Positions 26,976 through 40,889 are shown, counted from the stretch's first letter. The stretch: DNA of 64,000 nucleotides from Obrimoposthia wandeli (GCA_977020255.1 CDROCS010000023.1:124001-188000); one strand, 5' to 3'. The notes: a model not told the origin generated them from the letters alone. Program-made: numbers and translations.

Positions 26976-29900
26976 TCAGAACGCGATTGTGACTAATTTG
27001 TTATGCCACTTGTCCCCAACAACGTTGTCGAGCATGAACAAGGCAACATTCGCTCGAGGGATCGACCTTGAAGTGCCACCCTCGACCCTCTGACCTTCCT
27101 GGGCCAGCAACAGGCTGTGGTCGCGCGGCTCCTCATTTGTCAGGCCTCCCGGCTTCACCACAACAAAATCCAATTCCGCTTTCTCATTCTCTTCCACTAG
27201 AAAGCGTTCCGCACGTACAAAGTCCTGCAAATATTGACATATATTTCAGTTTATCGCAACACGGACTTAGAATTATGAGTAGCCTTTTGTCGCGGCTTAT
27301 CAGTCGAATGAAGCACTTCAATTCTAATTATAATTGTGCGATTTATCAACGGGGTCAGGTACAAATCGAGATAACAATTTACATTACAGTTAAAATTAAA
27401 AAATATTAATTTATACATAATAAAAAGGCTTAATAAAACTATAAAGCTGATTTTAACTGGTTTATAAAAAGCTTAGAAATCTTAATCACGAAAATCTTAA
27501 ATCCAAGTTCTTGAATGCATCCATAAAAGCACCAAGATAATCTTTTATGTCAATCTTGTTATTAATTATATTTATCTTCATAGATATTGAAAGCTTTGAG
27601 ATTTAAAAAAAATGCAAATGACACCAATATCTTCTCATACATCTACAACACATTCGGCAACTTCAGAATAAAATGCACTTTTAGATTTGTTATTTTTCAT
27701 AAAAAGTAATAATATATTTCTCTCACTTCTTTCTTAATTTAATTTTAGTACATATCAAGATTACAACTAGAAAATGTGACAAACTTTAATAATTAAAAAA
27801 CCCTCCCAAAAGAATTATTTGTATGCTTGTCAAGTAACTATTAATTTGTTATCATATACATTTTAAAATAGATTCCTGAAGTGTTAAAGAAGTTATAGTA
27901 CATTCTTTACGATGAAGCATTTATCTATGTTGGATCGAGACACCATAATATTTGATTTTTACAAGAAACATCAAGAACAAGGCAAGTCTTTCACTGTTAA
28001 TCGTTTTGTATCGATGAATTTAGAAATGAGTCTGATATATAGAGTGCTAAAAAAGCATATTTATAAATGTTGGAACATGACGAAAAGCCAAAGAAAAGCC
28101 TGCTAAGGAAGTCAAATTTCTGGTTATAAACATGAAGTAATGGAACGTAATGGTGCATCACAGACAAAGATGGCGAGTAAGTTTGGAGTCAGCCAACAAT
28201 ACGTTCAAAATATTCTTAGAAGTCAAGTCTGAAATACTGATTTTCTGAAAGAGATAAAAATCGTTTTTGACACAGAAAGAAAACTCTCCAAAGGTTCCTG
28301 AAATTCGACGAATGGAGCAGTTCTGGTCACTTCTTAAAGCAAATGAGTATGAAAATGGTTCGATAGCCAAAGACAAGAAGTTGTTAATTAGAAGGATATG
28401 AAGTAAACTAAAAGATGTGGATATGGTTGTTGTCCAACAAATAATGTCAAATGTTAAAACTAAAGTTAGAACTGTTGCAGATCATGGAATCAGTTGCATT
28501 TTAAATTAGCACACAAAACTTTATCATAGTTTGGTATACTTTTTTTTAAATGTTTTTCAAAATAAATGTTTTGATGGCTTTTTTTAAAGTTCAAAGTTTA
28601 TCGCATTTTCTGATTGTAAGAAAATGTTTTGATCGAAAATAGATAAATGCTTCATCGTACCGTAACTTCTTTAGCACTTTATTATAATTTCTATAGGAAA
28701 ATTAGTTTTTTCCCTACAGTCATAATTTTAAAATTGCTATCTGCTTCGGAGACTAATAAAATTTCCCGATAATTAAAACTAACAGGAATTTACTCCACAT
28801 AACCAATATTATAAAAATGTACATTTTACTTTAACTTATTAAAATAAGTTCTAAACAATGCACTTTTTGATTGGTACCATAAGGAGAATGCTGTCCGATA
28901 GATTTTTTTAACACTTAATTCTCTTTATATAACAGCATCATTCTTTGGGGCCTTCAAATTATTACGTAATTCCGAATTTTCAACTTCTCTTTAAGGTCTG
29001 GCATGTATTTGAATAGCCACAGTTGTTTCTCTACACCGTTTCACATGCATTTCAACAACCCATTCTAATTCAGATTTCTTTGGATTGCAACTTCTTGAAT
29101 GCGAGATATTGAATTTATATGTTGGAAACTGAAAATGGGTTCATTCTTATTGCATAAATAGCATAACTTCAAACGACACCGAAAATTAGTTTATTTAATG
29201 AGACTATCAGAGTATTCGTGAGACAACGCTTTTTGGTTTGCATTTTTGCTACGCGTGTATATGTTGTAAGATACGTCGGTAAAATGTCAGACTTTTCAGA
29301 TACGTCTGAAGTATCTTTGTTGCACTGTGACTCGTGAGTGGTTTATTTTAAAATTATTTAAACTAAAGATGTATCTTTTAAACTTTAATAATATAATTTC
29401 TAATGCATCACACTTAAAATGGAAGCTCGTAACGCAAGTTCTTGCACATACCTAAATTTCAATAACATTTATGCTCATACTGACCTTGTTTGTTAGTACT
29501 TTATTTATTAGGACTCATTTATATTGGAGGAAATAATTATGGAATAAGTAATTACTAGGGCAACCTACATTTGACCTCATTATTGGGCATTCTGACTTTA
29601 TTTATGGACTATTTATATTAAAAATTATCTGGTAATATAATGCAACATTAAATGTTTTTGGATATTATCCAATGAAAAATTTCTACCGCTGGCGAGGAAA
29701 TGATCGTTCAACCTCCGCAAAAGTTGCCTGAGCACATCTTAAAATAACATTTAATTGAGGACATATTTCTTCTCGCTTATAGTGTACTATATCCAACATT
29801 TCATTTGGGATTCATCAATATCTAAAAATATTTCGTCTTCTAATATATTTTTAATCCTATCATATTCCATAATCGCCAATCTCTCTGCGACATGAAGTTT

Positions 29901-32900
29901 TATACGGTATATCAACATAACAAAAATCCTTGGAAAACTCTACTAATTTAGGGTTTCTCAACTTTTCCAATGGAATATCTGCAGACAAAATGTTTAAGTC
30001 ATCGTTTTCAGGACGAAAATCAATGAAGGACTGTTTGTATTTCATATTAGGTTCTATCATTTATCCAAATGCTGTTGTGATTTTCTGTGACTTGTGACAT
30101 AAGAAAGCTTTCCAGATTTCACTGGAACATCGCACAATTGACAGTATAAATCTGTTTTTGGAGTTAATAAAAACTCATTTAAGATATGCCTTATTTATAT
30201 CTATAAATATAAATAAAAAATAATCTTTAAAAATTACCCTCTATCTTAGTCAACGAACTTTTGGTATCTCTGGGCATTATTTTAATGGGTGTTTAAAAAA
30301 CTATATAAATATTTTCTTGAAATACCTGATATTTTGACTTCATAACTAATTTTAACTTAATCTGACCTGGGTTGTCCTAGTAACTACAAACCTTAACCAA
30401 AGTATAAGTAAATAATCTGATCATTCTTTTATTACGCGATGCTGTCGTTGGAAGTGTGGCCTAAATCCAACTTGAAAAAGCAGTTGGGGATAATGCATGT
30501 CCAAGGAGCAGTCAAAATTGGGTGCGCAAGATTTCAGATGACGAACAAAGCTTTGCTGACAATGAAATGTCTGACCGGACATCTGAATGAAGAGATTGAG
30601 CAACAGCTCTTGGCAAACTAGAATGCGACTTTTATAATGACTACTTTCACACATCTATTTTTCTAAATCACTCCATTATTGCAATTACAATTTGATGTCA
30701 CGTGAAATATAACAAAAATAAAACATGGGGACCAAATAATAATGAGCTCAAATGCAAGGGCTAAACCTGAACAACGATGATGACTATTACTGAGACTAAA
30801 ACCACCCCAATCCGTTACCTGCTGTGGTCGGAGAGAGCGGATCCAGCCGTAGAGTGAGAATTTAGTCAAACGCTAAGTCTCAAAATTTCAATCATGCAAT
30901 TTAGGGTTCCTATAGGATACCGGGGTCTACATGGTGGGCCTTTGAAGAAGATTAACTTATTCAATATTCCTTGGCTATACTATGAAGTTTCATGTACCTG
31001 TACTGTCGGACTTTCAGAAAGAAAGGTGCCAGTTTGACAAAATATACCTTATTCAACTGGAATTAATCGATGCTTTAAAATTGTGATTGATTCATTTATG
31101 TACGACCCATTTTTGCAGAGTTTTAATAAACAAATATAACTTTATTATAAATTATTTCTAATACAGAATTTGAGAAACTTTCTTTCAAAGGTAACATGAA
31201 GGAGTATTTAATTATGCATTTGGTATAGTTAAGATTCTTAAATAATTTCATGGTACAAAAAGTTAATCACAAATTTAAGAATTGTGCACAAAAGTAATTA
31301 ACCTTTTTTAATGATCGGCTTTTCTTGTAGATCAATGAAAATAATTTTTGTAAAGAATTTATTGGTTTTTCATTTTTTAAAATATTTGGTTCTTTGGGAA
31401 AATGACGGAAAACGTTTGGACAACATCATAGAAGTTGCCGTGATGCAGTTCCTCAATCTGTAAATCGTTCTCTCATGATCCCGCAAGCATATCTTTGTCG
31501 TTTTTTGGGATCACAAATGCCCTTTTTCTGGATACCTTACATAAATATTTTTTGTTCCTTAATGTAAGTTGTCGACGCTGTAAGATAGAAAAGAAGACGA
31601 CAACTCTTATATGCTTTCATTAGTTTTGACTAGATAATTCCAGACCGCCTATAGCGCCCATAACACCAGGGAATCAAGACTTTTCAATCTAAATATAATT
31701 CCCAATCCCACTTACACCCCGATTTACCAAGTAATGCTTTCTACTTTTCAGCCTTTCCAGAGGTTCATTACGCACTAAAACACACGACAATGCTGACCAA
31801 GAGGAGTTTTGTCGACTTGAGAGTAAACACTTGGATATTTTGAAAATGCATCTGACGAGTTGCCTCAATATTGGTAGAAGTGTGCTGAAAATTGTGGAAA
31901 GCATTTTGGTAGAAAAACTGACTATGGAGATGCTTAAATATGGATAGTTAAGAGAAAGACCACCACGTCCTGCGTGATTGTTTTAATAATGGAGATAATG
32001 AACTTTCTAATTAGTGTGTACTAAGCCGGAGAATTTGTAAATATACATGAAAGGTGAAACCATATTTATTTGCTGCAAGCTACGTGAGATCATGGGGAGG
32101 CAATTAGATTTATCTACCTTACATTTTCCCTTGAATCTGCAAAACAGGTGGAGATTGTGACGAAACTGAGCGATTCAATCTGTCAAAACGCTCTGCAGTT
32201 GTTCGGTCGAGTATTTAAGCACCGTTCAAAGACTTCCCCTCATGCGACTTCAGCTGTGAAGATACCGCCTCAATTGAATTGAGAAACGACAAATGTGGAG
32301 GTAGCGGTCCCCCTCGCGCTAGGCAATTTGCAGCACCATCCCATTATGACTATGGGTGTGAGCATGAGAGAACCAGAGCAGGAGTCTTGCTCACGTAATG
32401 TTTTGTCGGCTTAGAATGTATGACTCCTTTTTTTCCCACTCCAGTACTAGACTTGACAAAGATCGGTGCACTTGGAATCTTTCTCCCTTCTTTGCTTCTT
32501 AAAGTTCAAGCCGAAAACACATTTGTCATTGTGAATGAGTTCCCTTCTCCATTCAAATCCCCTTCATATACACCTTCCTGGAGAGCTCCTGAAACCGCAG
32601 TCTCTTCTTGCAATCTTCTGCTTATTGGCGTCTGGATAAATGGTTCGCTTTACCGTCCCGTTCCTGAATTTGAGGACACTGAGGAATGGCAGCTTCCTTC
32701 ATTCTATAGGCCTGGGATACAATGAAATGAGAGAACGATTCTGTGACGATGTATCCAGGTTTAGAATGCCAAGAACCGAGGTTGAAATCCCACCGAAGAC
32801 AAAGACTAACTGAAGAAAGATGAGAAATGCACTGACGAAGCATTCACCATCATATAAATCCGTTAGAATGTGTTGCAATAGAATCTGCTCATACATATCT

Positions 32901-33606
32901 ATTTGCCAGGTCCTTGTCTGTAATCGTTATCTTCTGGACCACGTCGGAGTGAACGTGTAAAACAAGAAAATTCTCTTTGGACGAGTTTGGTCTGTTTAGG
33001 TGATTCTACTGTGACAAACTTTACCACAACGCTTCAGCTCACCTGCATCAGTCTGCCGATAACTAGGGGCTTGAAGATCCATTCAATGAAAAAGGGATGA
33101 TCCGTTTTGTTCTCCGCATAAGCGGCCGTACACAGCACTAGTCTCCGTTGCGACGCGGAGTCTCCGTCTTGTGGAGCTGTGTTGACAGATTTGATGGACT
33201 TGACAATCAGCGGCACCAGATTCGTCAATAGATCAACGCGACTGAAAGTTGGCCGACCACCAATTGCACACAGAAGCGAGTCCGTCTCACGAATGTGTTT
33301 AGTTAGCACAGCCTGCATGAATACAATTATAAATATCAAACCGCTCTTATTCTGTTCTCGTTGTCATTATAGCTGCAATAATATCTACCACTAACCTACA
33401 AAAATATAAAATTAAAGTAGAAATATAAGATTTACTTCATCAAACATATCTCCTTCCACAATATCTAAATCAGAACTTTCAATGCCAAATGATTTCATTT
33501 TTTCGGCATTTCTGACAAGTACTCTTATTTTGTGAGATTTTTCTAAGCCTCTTTTGACAATTTGAAGACCCAAAGGCCCAGTTGCTCCTAAAACCAACAG
33601 ATGCAT
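26976..33606 (-). CDS. BLVRB: Flavin reductase / biliverdin reductase B-like NAD(P)H-binding protein (about 229 aa)
   Basis: Three phase-0 exons: 33606-33436 (MHLLVLGATGPLG..VLVRN..IVEGD, Rossmann motif), 33312-33043 (DSLLCAIG...RRLVLCTA) and 27224-26976 (LDFVVVKPGGLTNEE...SIPRANVALFML). All have canonical splice sites. An acceptor AG just upstream of the ATG implies a further 5' exon. The symbol is family-level. Confidence 0.85.
27880..28678 (+). mobile_element. Internally deleted Tc1/IS630-type DNA transposon with TIRs
   Basis: Left agtgttaaagaagtta...cgatgaagcatttatcta matches the reverse complement of right tagataaatgcttcatcgtaccgtaacttctttagcact. Transposase remnants include an HTH segment (KMASKFGVSQQYVQNIL) and RRMEQFWSLLKANEY...RTVADHG. 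Confidence 0.8.
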
Positions 33607-34789
33607 ACTGGAAAAAAAAAGCTCAGCCTAGATTTATTATATAATTATTATTATCATATGAAAAAGTTGATAAATATTTAAGAAGAATGAATTAATAATA
33701 AAAAATTAAAAAATTAAAATTTATTTGGAATAAAATCTTTCTAATTTTAAATTGCAAAAGAAATATTGAAATTTCTGAATTTAACTGCATTAATTTGTAT
33801 TTTAAAGATATATCGTGCGATTTTAGACTTTATCAGAGTGAAATTTTGATGAATTTGGTTAAATCAATTGAAATTAAAAAAGTATGCGATGTTTAATAAA
33901 ATTTTAAAAAATGATAGATAAATAATAAAATAAATTCCCCAGATCACATAAAAAAGCTAAAAGACAAACTACTTTGTGACAAATTAAGAGAGTTAAATAT
34001 ATAGGCAAGTGACTACAACAAATAAATATCCACCAGTAGACCAACTACAGCTCAAAACAATATGAAAGAAGCTAATATAGTTCCATTTGTGAGGATGTAT
34101 TACATCGACTGCAAAATTGGTTTATGTCACAAATTGTAATTTGTAAAAATAGAAAGTATCTCAACTATATTAAAATATTCGTCGATACTCACTCAAAATC
34201 AAAAATATTATTTCAAAGAAAACAAACTAATGTTACTAACAACGAGTAGGAATAAATGAAACCTAATGATATTATAGAATGTGCCGTTGAGGTTTGTGGA
34301 AAGGTTATAAAACCAATGTTTTAGCAGTGTAAGAACATTCATATTTATGTATCATTGGAATTTTTGGGTTTTTCTAATGAAACCTGGTTAGAATCCTCAT
34401 ATGGAGGCCACAACGTGAGTTCTGTAGCAATAGGGCTTACAGATGGATGTGGTCTACCTATTCTCAGGTATCTGAAGGTTTTTCTTTATGTCGGAAGGTT
34501 TGTAGTATTGTGTGGTAAAGACTTTTTTATGATAACTGGAGGGTCCTTAAAACTATTGTTGTGTGATGTGGGACTAATGTGCTAGCCGGTTAAGCCAATT
34601 TATATTTTAGATTCAGAAATGGTTTGGCTAAAACCAATACTAGAAATAGGTAAAACGAAACCGTAATTAATTTGGGAGAAGTATAAATAATTTTGGGATT
34701 ATTTCGGTGATTTTGTTAGTTCCTGCTATGAATAATTCAGTTATTGATAATGATTGAAGAAAATTCTTTTTCTTTGTGTCTTCAATGAT

Positions 34790-36666
34790 GTCTTCCATCC
34801 GTATCTATCCTTGTAATAGGATTTGGTATTTCGCCAGTTGTTCCAGGAAGTTGATGTTTGGGTTGACCATACTTATTTTCACTTATGTTAGTTTGGAAAT
34901 GATTTAGAAAGGTTTTCTTTTGATTTGATGTCAATAGGAGCAAATTGATAAAATGAATCAGCAGTAATGAATTTGATTCTTCAAAAATCACGATTTTTGA
35001 TAATGTTTTCTTAATTGTAGTTGGGAATCCAAAATCAAATAAAGTATGATAATGTTCTTTTCTTTTTATTCAATCAATGGTTTAATGTCAGAAAATAGTT
35101 TCGATAGTTTCTAAAGCAATTTTGTCAAAATATTGTAATATTAAAATCATTGTAATTAACTAACAGAAGTCTGCTTTTTTATAGGAATATATACATGTAG
35201 ACACACATACACATACCGATTCTGTACTCCACAATAACATGGAAACAATCCCAAACCCAACATAATCACTCGTATGTGCATGCACCATAGGATACATGTT
35301 CTGGCTGGACACGGATATGAAGTGGATCGCAGTATCTCAGCAGATGTGAGAAAGTTACAGAGTCATTTTTATGTGCGTGCGTGTATGTGTTATGAATGTA
35401 TGAATTTCCGTACTTTCACCGTGTGTGTCTGCAAAATACGAGGGAGGTAAGGAGAGTGTGTGTGCTGGGTTCACGCATTGTCACATTGTTATCTGTCAGG
35501 TTGCAGTCATAGTAATCTGCTGGAAAGGCAGCCTTGGTACTGTAGGAAGATGAAATGTTGCTGGCCGATGTCGGGAAAGGACGGGGAAAGACTGAGATCA
35601 GTCTGGCAGAAGTTGTTGTTACTGATAGAGGAGATGGTAAGAAAGTCCAGAGAGTGGGTTGTCTCGCAGTGACTTAGAATGGGCAGGCCAGCAGTTGATT
35701 GTGGGGACGGGAGTCTGACGATGGTCTGAACTGATGTCGGGATAGAGAGAGACTGAGAGAACTAAGTGAAAATTTCTAGGGATAAAAGTACTTCTTTATT
35801 TTTTCTCTGTCATGCATTTTTTTTCTGCCGCCTCCCTGATGAGCCTGGGAAGGCGAAACGGGACGTCCACCCCATCGGAGGCTGATAAGGAATACCTCCC
35901 TGACTGTGGGCACCTCAGTTAATGTCAATTTAAATTGACCAAATAATTTTATTAATTCAATTAAATATTCTACCCAATTAACTCTATTAATTCAATTAAG
36001 TATTTAACCCAACACTTCGAGTACGTGCATTTATTTGTTTTTATCATATATGCCAACACTATGGTTGCTGATCTGGAAATTTCTTTCTGACAATGTTCCA
36101 ATGCTTTTCCTTGCTTTAACAATTTGTTATAAATTATTATCTGATTGACCATGTAAAGAGATTGGCTTCCATTGAGTCTCCTACTCTTATCGTTATACTT
36201 CTTATTGTTTTTTTACTGAGATTCGTGATATTTTGTCCCATTGATAATATTTGTTATTCCTTTTTCCAAAACTGTATTCTCGTCTGTAGCATATTTGACA
36301 TTTCCTAGATATAACATACCTGGAATTAATTTGCTCATCTCTGGTATCATTTTTGAATCGTCTTTCCAACTGATATTTTATTTGTTTATTTGTGATGATA
36401 AATTTTACCATTTTTTATCTTTAGCTTTCGTATCGCTGGATTATTACTTTTTTCATTCTCCGTTATTTTCTCTCTTTGATTCTTATAATCGGATTCGGTT
36501 TCCTAGCCTTGTTCGGTTCTTTGGCTGAAAGGCTATCCTTGGTGATTGGATAGGGCATTAAAATATCTTTAATTATTTCGACTTGAAACTGTACTCTATA
36601 GCATGCAACAATGTGTTCCGATTTACCCATAATAGTTTGTACATCGACATAAGTAATATTACCCAT
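34790..36666 (-). pseudogene. Decayed MKP-like dual-specificity phosphatase (rhodanese-like N-terminus plus DSP domain), intronless
   Basis: YVDVQT...EHIVAC near 36650; SKLIPGMLYLGNVKYATDENTVLEKGITNIINGT near 36330-36230; GKALEHCQKEISRSATIVLAYMIK near 36100-36040 (degenerate HCxxGxSR loop); SMVNPNINFLEQL near 34870-34830. Several frameshifts and stops. Confidence 0.7.
35830..35882 (+). ncRNA. Type I hammerhead ribozyme motif
   Basis: GCCUCC-CUGAUGA-GCCU(GGGA)AGGC-GAAA-CGGGACGUCCACCCC-AUC-GGAGGC. Catalytic core is complete. Stem I is 6 perfect bp, stem II is 4 bp with a GNRA loop, and stem III has a C.A mismatch next to the core. Predicted cleavage after C35876. Confidence 0.8.
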
Positions 36667-36819
36667 AATGAACTGTTATCTTTAGAGCAAGTACATGAAG
36701 GTAAAATATGTGAAAATAAAAAATGAAAATTCACATCTTAATTATTATAATTTCATCAGATTGTTGCATCATCTTCATTGATTGATAGTATTAATTTAAT
36801 AATTAGCTAGTACTCACTT

Positions 36820-37510
36820 ACAGTTTTACATTCACTTGCAAAGACTCTTACTTGTATTCGTATTCACTTGCATTCATACTTGCATTCATTTACATTCAAT
36901 CTAACTCTCATTTATTCAAACTATCATTTAAATACATTCAAATACAATAATATTTTTACTAATTTTCATTCATACCGTCAAACTTAGTGTTGTTTTCTAT
37001 TAATATCGCTGTAACTTAGTCGTTCTAACTTTTAACATAATTCAGTATCACTGCTTCTTATAGTTGATAACTTGTTATTAATCTAACTGTACTTAATATA
37101 ACTTTTATTCATACGAAAACTCTATTTTAATTTACTAATAGTCTAAATTACACTCGCATTCAATCATACTCTCGACACTCTTATTATTATTTTTCTCAAA
37201 TACATTCACTTGCTAAGACTCTCACTTGTATTTGCATTCACTTGCATTCATACTTGCATTCATTCTTGCATTCACTTGCATTCATATCTGTATTCATTTA
37301 CTTTCATTCTAACTCTCATTTATTCAAATTAGCACTCAAATTCATTAATATTTTTACTAATTTTCATTCATACTTGACATTCGTACTTGCAATAGTATTC
37401 TTTTTTACTTGTACTTGTAACTGCATTCATTCATACTTGTACTTGTATTCATTGTTAATTTTACTTGCTTTATTTACATTTACACTTGTGTTAATTCATT
37501 CAATCGATAA
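36820..37510. repeat. Degenerate (CATTCACTTG/CATTCATACTTG)n minisatellite
   Basis: Visible short-period repeats. The inverted copy is at 60640-61500. Confidence 0.85.
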
Positions 37511-37689
37511 TTAATTTTATGTGTTCTTACAAGACATTTTAATTATTTTTTTTAGAAAGTCAAATAATAAATAGAAATATTAAGTTGATAATCGAATATG
37601 TACATAATTTGATTTATTTACATATAAAATAATATAATTTAAGATTTGGTATTCTAATTTATAAACAAAACCATTAGTAAATTTGAATA

Positions 37690-38883
37690 ACATGACGTCT
37701 TTCAAACATTCATAAGAAAAACTCTCAGCAAAGATGGTTTAGAACCACTTAACTTTTTATCATTCCTGGGTTGAGCTGCGTAAGTGCTCTAAAAATGTTA
37801 AAACATAAGGTTGAACTGATGCAGGATCCTGAAATGTACAACATGATTTCTACGGGTATACGCGGAGGAATGACATTTGTCCATAAGCATCATGTAGTCG
37901 CTAATGAAGAAACGAGTCTTTTATATATAGATATTAATAATTTATATGCATGGGCTCTTGATCAACCTTTACCATTTTGAATGGATTCTTGATGATATAA
38001 AATTAAACGAAATATTGCATAAAATGAAAAATGTGGACATGAATCATATTGAATATGGTTATGTTATGGAGGTAGACTTGGTAATACCAGAAAACCTTCA
38101 TGACTTTTTAAATGATCTACCTATAGCTCCAGAAAAGAAATGTCCTCATGGTAAAAAATTTAAAAAATTTTAATGACACATTCACCAAAAAGTCATTATG
38201 TTATTCATTGGAGACTATTGTAGATGTATGTTAGTTTAGGAGCAGTGGTAACAATTATTCATCGAGCAGTAAAGTTCTCTCAGGCTAAGATATTCGCAGA
38301 ATATATGGAATATAATTCAGAAATGAGGTCTCAAGCAACAAATAAATGTGACAAAGGATTTACAAAATTACAGATCACTATTTAATTGTTCAATTAATAT
38401 AGTTGCCGGAGATACTGATTCATTCTTTTTAGAATGCAAAGGTGTTAATTTAAAAAATCAGTTGTTACCTCAAATGATTGCAGATGGAGCATTATATACG
38501 TCAAATTATAATGTGAATGATCCATTATTTTCTAATGAATTTAATTGGAAAATAGGATTATTTAAAGATGAATCGGAAGGAAGAATGTATAAAGAATGGA
38601 TCTTCTTACTTTGTAAATGTTATTCACTTAAGTTTGAAGATGACTTTGAAATAATAAAGCAAAAGGAGTAAATCTTAAGGGATCAACGGTTGTACATCAA
38701 ACATATTTAGACGTGTATGAAAAAGGTAATGCATATACTATACCACAAAATAAGTTTGAAAAAATAAATCACCAACTATACACAATCATAATACAAAAGA
38801 CTGCTCTCAGCTCATCAGATAACAAACGCTAGTGGATCGAGAAAAATAGAAGCCGCACTTATGAACACTATGAAATTACATAA
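37690..38883 (+). pseudogene. Protein-primed DNA polymerase B fragment (family B)
   Basis: GIRGG, motif A YIDINNLYAWAL, YVMEVDL, YVIHWRLL, motif C IVAGDTDSFF, IGLFKDE, CKCY, KTALSSSDNKR. Frameshifts, stops and a deletion around motif B. Confidence 0.92.
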
Positions 38884-39959
38884 TAAATGTGTTTAATTTT
38901 GTATTATTCTCTGACTTCTTTCTTATTTAATTTTTATTATTTTTTAATATATAATTTAAGTTATTTAAATAAATTTTACCATAATCCTTTAGATGCGTAA
39001 GCCTGGGAAAAACTTTGATCTAAATTTTCACATAGCGTAGTAGGTATTATTACGTAGCACATTTCTTAACTGATAAGAGTGAATTTTAACCTAATTTTCA
39101 AATATAATAGTGTGTATTATTACGTAATACATTCCTTAACTGATAAGAGTGAACTTTGATTAAATTTCACATAGAATAATTGATTGATTACTATATGATT
39201 CTTTAACTTATGCCAAATCTGATCCTTAACTTGTGGACGACGTAAAATATTTACATGATTAAACTCGTAATATGTTGACAAATACAACCATGTACTTAAA
39301 ACTATGAAATTCCAACTTTTTTAATCCTTCATCTATGAACGACCATACCATTATGAACAAATTCGCCTTCTAAAGATGATTCCAACCATGTACTAAAACC
39401 TTGATATTTTAAACTTTATTTTGTCTTTAGCTCGACTATCTTTATGGACGACCACACCCCTTTAGATATGTGGATCAACTATAGATGGTCATGATCATAC
39501 CTACAAACCTTCAAGTCAAAACTGAGTTCGACACTTTCATCTATGGACAACCACAACCTCTTGGGTATGTTGACCGACCATAGACGGTCACGACCATATC
39601 TTCAAACCTTCATAACCTTTCTGAGCCAGACCTTGTGGTGTGGCAAGACACCCTTATGGTGAGGCAACATATACCCTTATGGTGTGACACCCTTTAACAA
39701 TGTGTGCGCACACACAGGGGGTCAAGAGATCTAGACTCCATCCTTCTACCTACTAATGTGTTTCCATTAAAATATGACACTTTGAGTTCGCACAAGAATT
39801 TATTTGTTAATGCGTTTTTCACAAAAACCTCTTTTTGTCACATCTGTTGGTTGTGTTTTTTCAAACACACCGATGATCTCTTCATCTTCTTCTAATATTT
39901 CTTGTGATGCAATGTGTTTGATGACTTCTCTTTCTTCTTGATGTTTCATCCAGAGCATG

Positions 39960-40830
39960 CCAATTGTCATTGGTTTTGAATTGTTACTGCTGGTCATCAC
40001 ATTTGTAATTTCTATCGCTTACCATTCTTGTAAGTTCATTTGCATTAGTATTCGGCTTCAATGTCTGTCATAGCAATTCAGAGCGTGATATATTATTTTT
40101 ATTTTGAACCAATTTACATCGGTTTGCGTGTACTATCATCGGTTCCTTATTTTATTAATCTTCTGTTATTACTTTCCAATTTGTTGAGGTTGTTTGAATC
40201 ATTTTGTACTGTCCTTTGTATGGTCTATGTAGTTTAAACGATATGCCTAGTTCTATGAATGGGTAGATCTCCAACCTCGAATTCATGTGATTTTGCCTTC
40301 TTGTAGTATTGTTCTTTATAATTCTTCTGGTTGAATTTCTATTTCAATACTGCTTTATTACAAGGATCTTGTAGCATTTCTTTCATAACCAAAATATATA
40401 ATATATCTGTAGGCATATAAGGCATGAAGGTAAAAATTTATCCCAATCCTCTTCCTTTTCGGAGCAATATGATTATAAAATAATGCATAGAGTTTTATTA
40501 AACTTCTCAACTAAACCGTCTGTTTGTGGATGGTATGGATACGTTTGTAATTTCATGATTCCGAATATTTTTTACACTGATTTTATAACTTCTTCTGTGA
40601 AATTCTTTCCTTGATCTGTTAATAGTTTTCTAGGTACTCCATATTGAAATATCATCTCTTCTACCAGGATTTGTGCTATCGTTTCAGCCTTCTGATTCTG
40701 CATAGAATATACTTCTACTCATCTCGTCCTGTAATCTGAGAATACTATGACATACTTATTTCCTTTAGTCGATTCTCTCAGTGGTCCTAATATATCCATA
40801 GCTGGGAATTCCATTGGTGTAAAAAGAACC
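39960..40830 (-). mobile_element. Ty3/Gypsy LTR-retrotransposon integrase pseudogene fragment
   Basis: AMDILGPL..STKGNKYVIVFSDY, YGVPRKLLTDQGKNF, YHPQTDGLVEKFNKTL (DDE triad), with in-frame stops. Confidence 0.9.
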
Positions 40831-40889
40831 GGCGATAAAAAGAAAACAAAATCTAGGTTATAACCCTTAAATATACTTAATATTTTAGT

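Larger units (their letters stand above)
36690..39754 (+). mobile_element. Family-B Polinton-like end: microsatellite block, pPolB 3' part, subterminal repeats, terminus ...CTACCTACT
   Basis: Contains a pPolB fragment and ends at 39754 with the reverse complement of AGTAGGTAGAAGGATGGAGTCTAGA. An inverted homologue lies at 58507-61615. Confidence 0.7.

Noticed and set aside
31400-31650. Non-LTR retrotransposon C-terminal zinc-knuckle relic on +
   Set aside because: Only loose Cys spacing (C-R-R-C) with stops, and no adjoining RT motifs seen.
34200-35800. Penelope-like RT/GIY-YIG ORF to accompany the hammerhead
   Set aside because: No convincing RT or GIY-YIG motif in any frame. Part of the region is better explained by phosphatase motifs.
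37242-37514. His/Ser/Leu-rich ORF
   Set aside because: It is a translation of the CATTCACTTG minisatellite.
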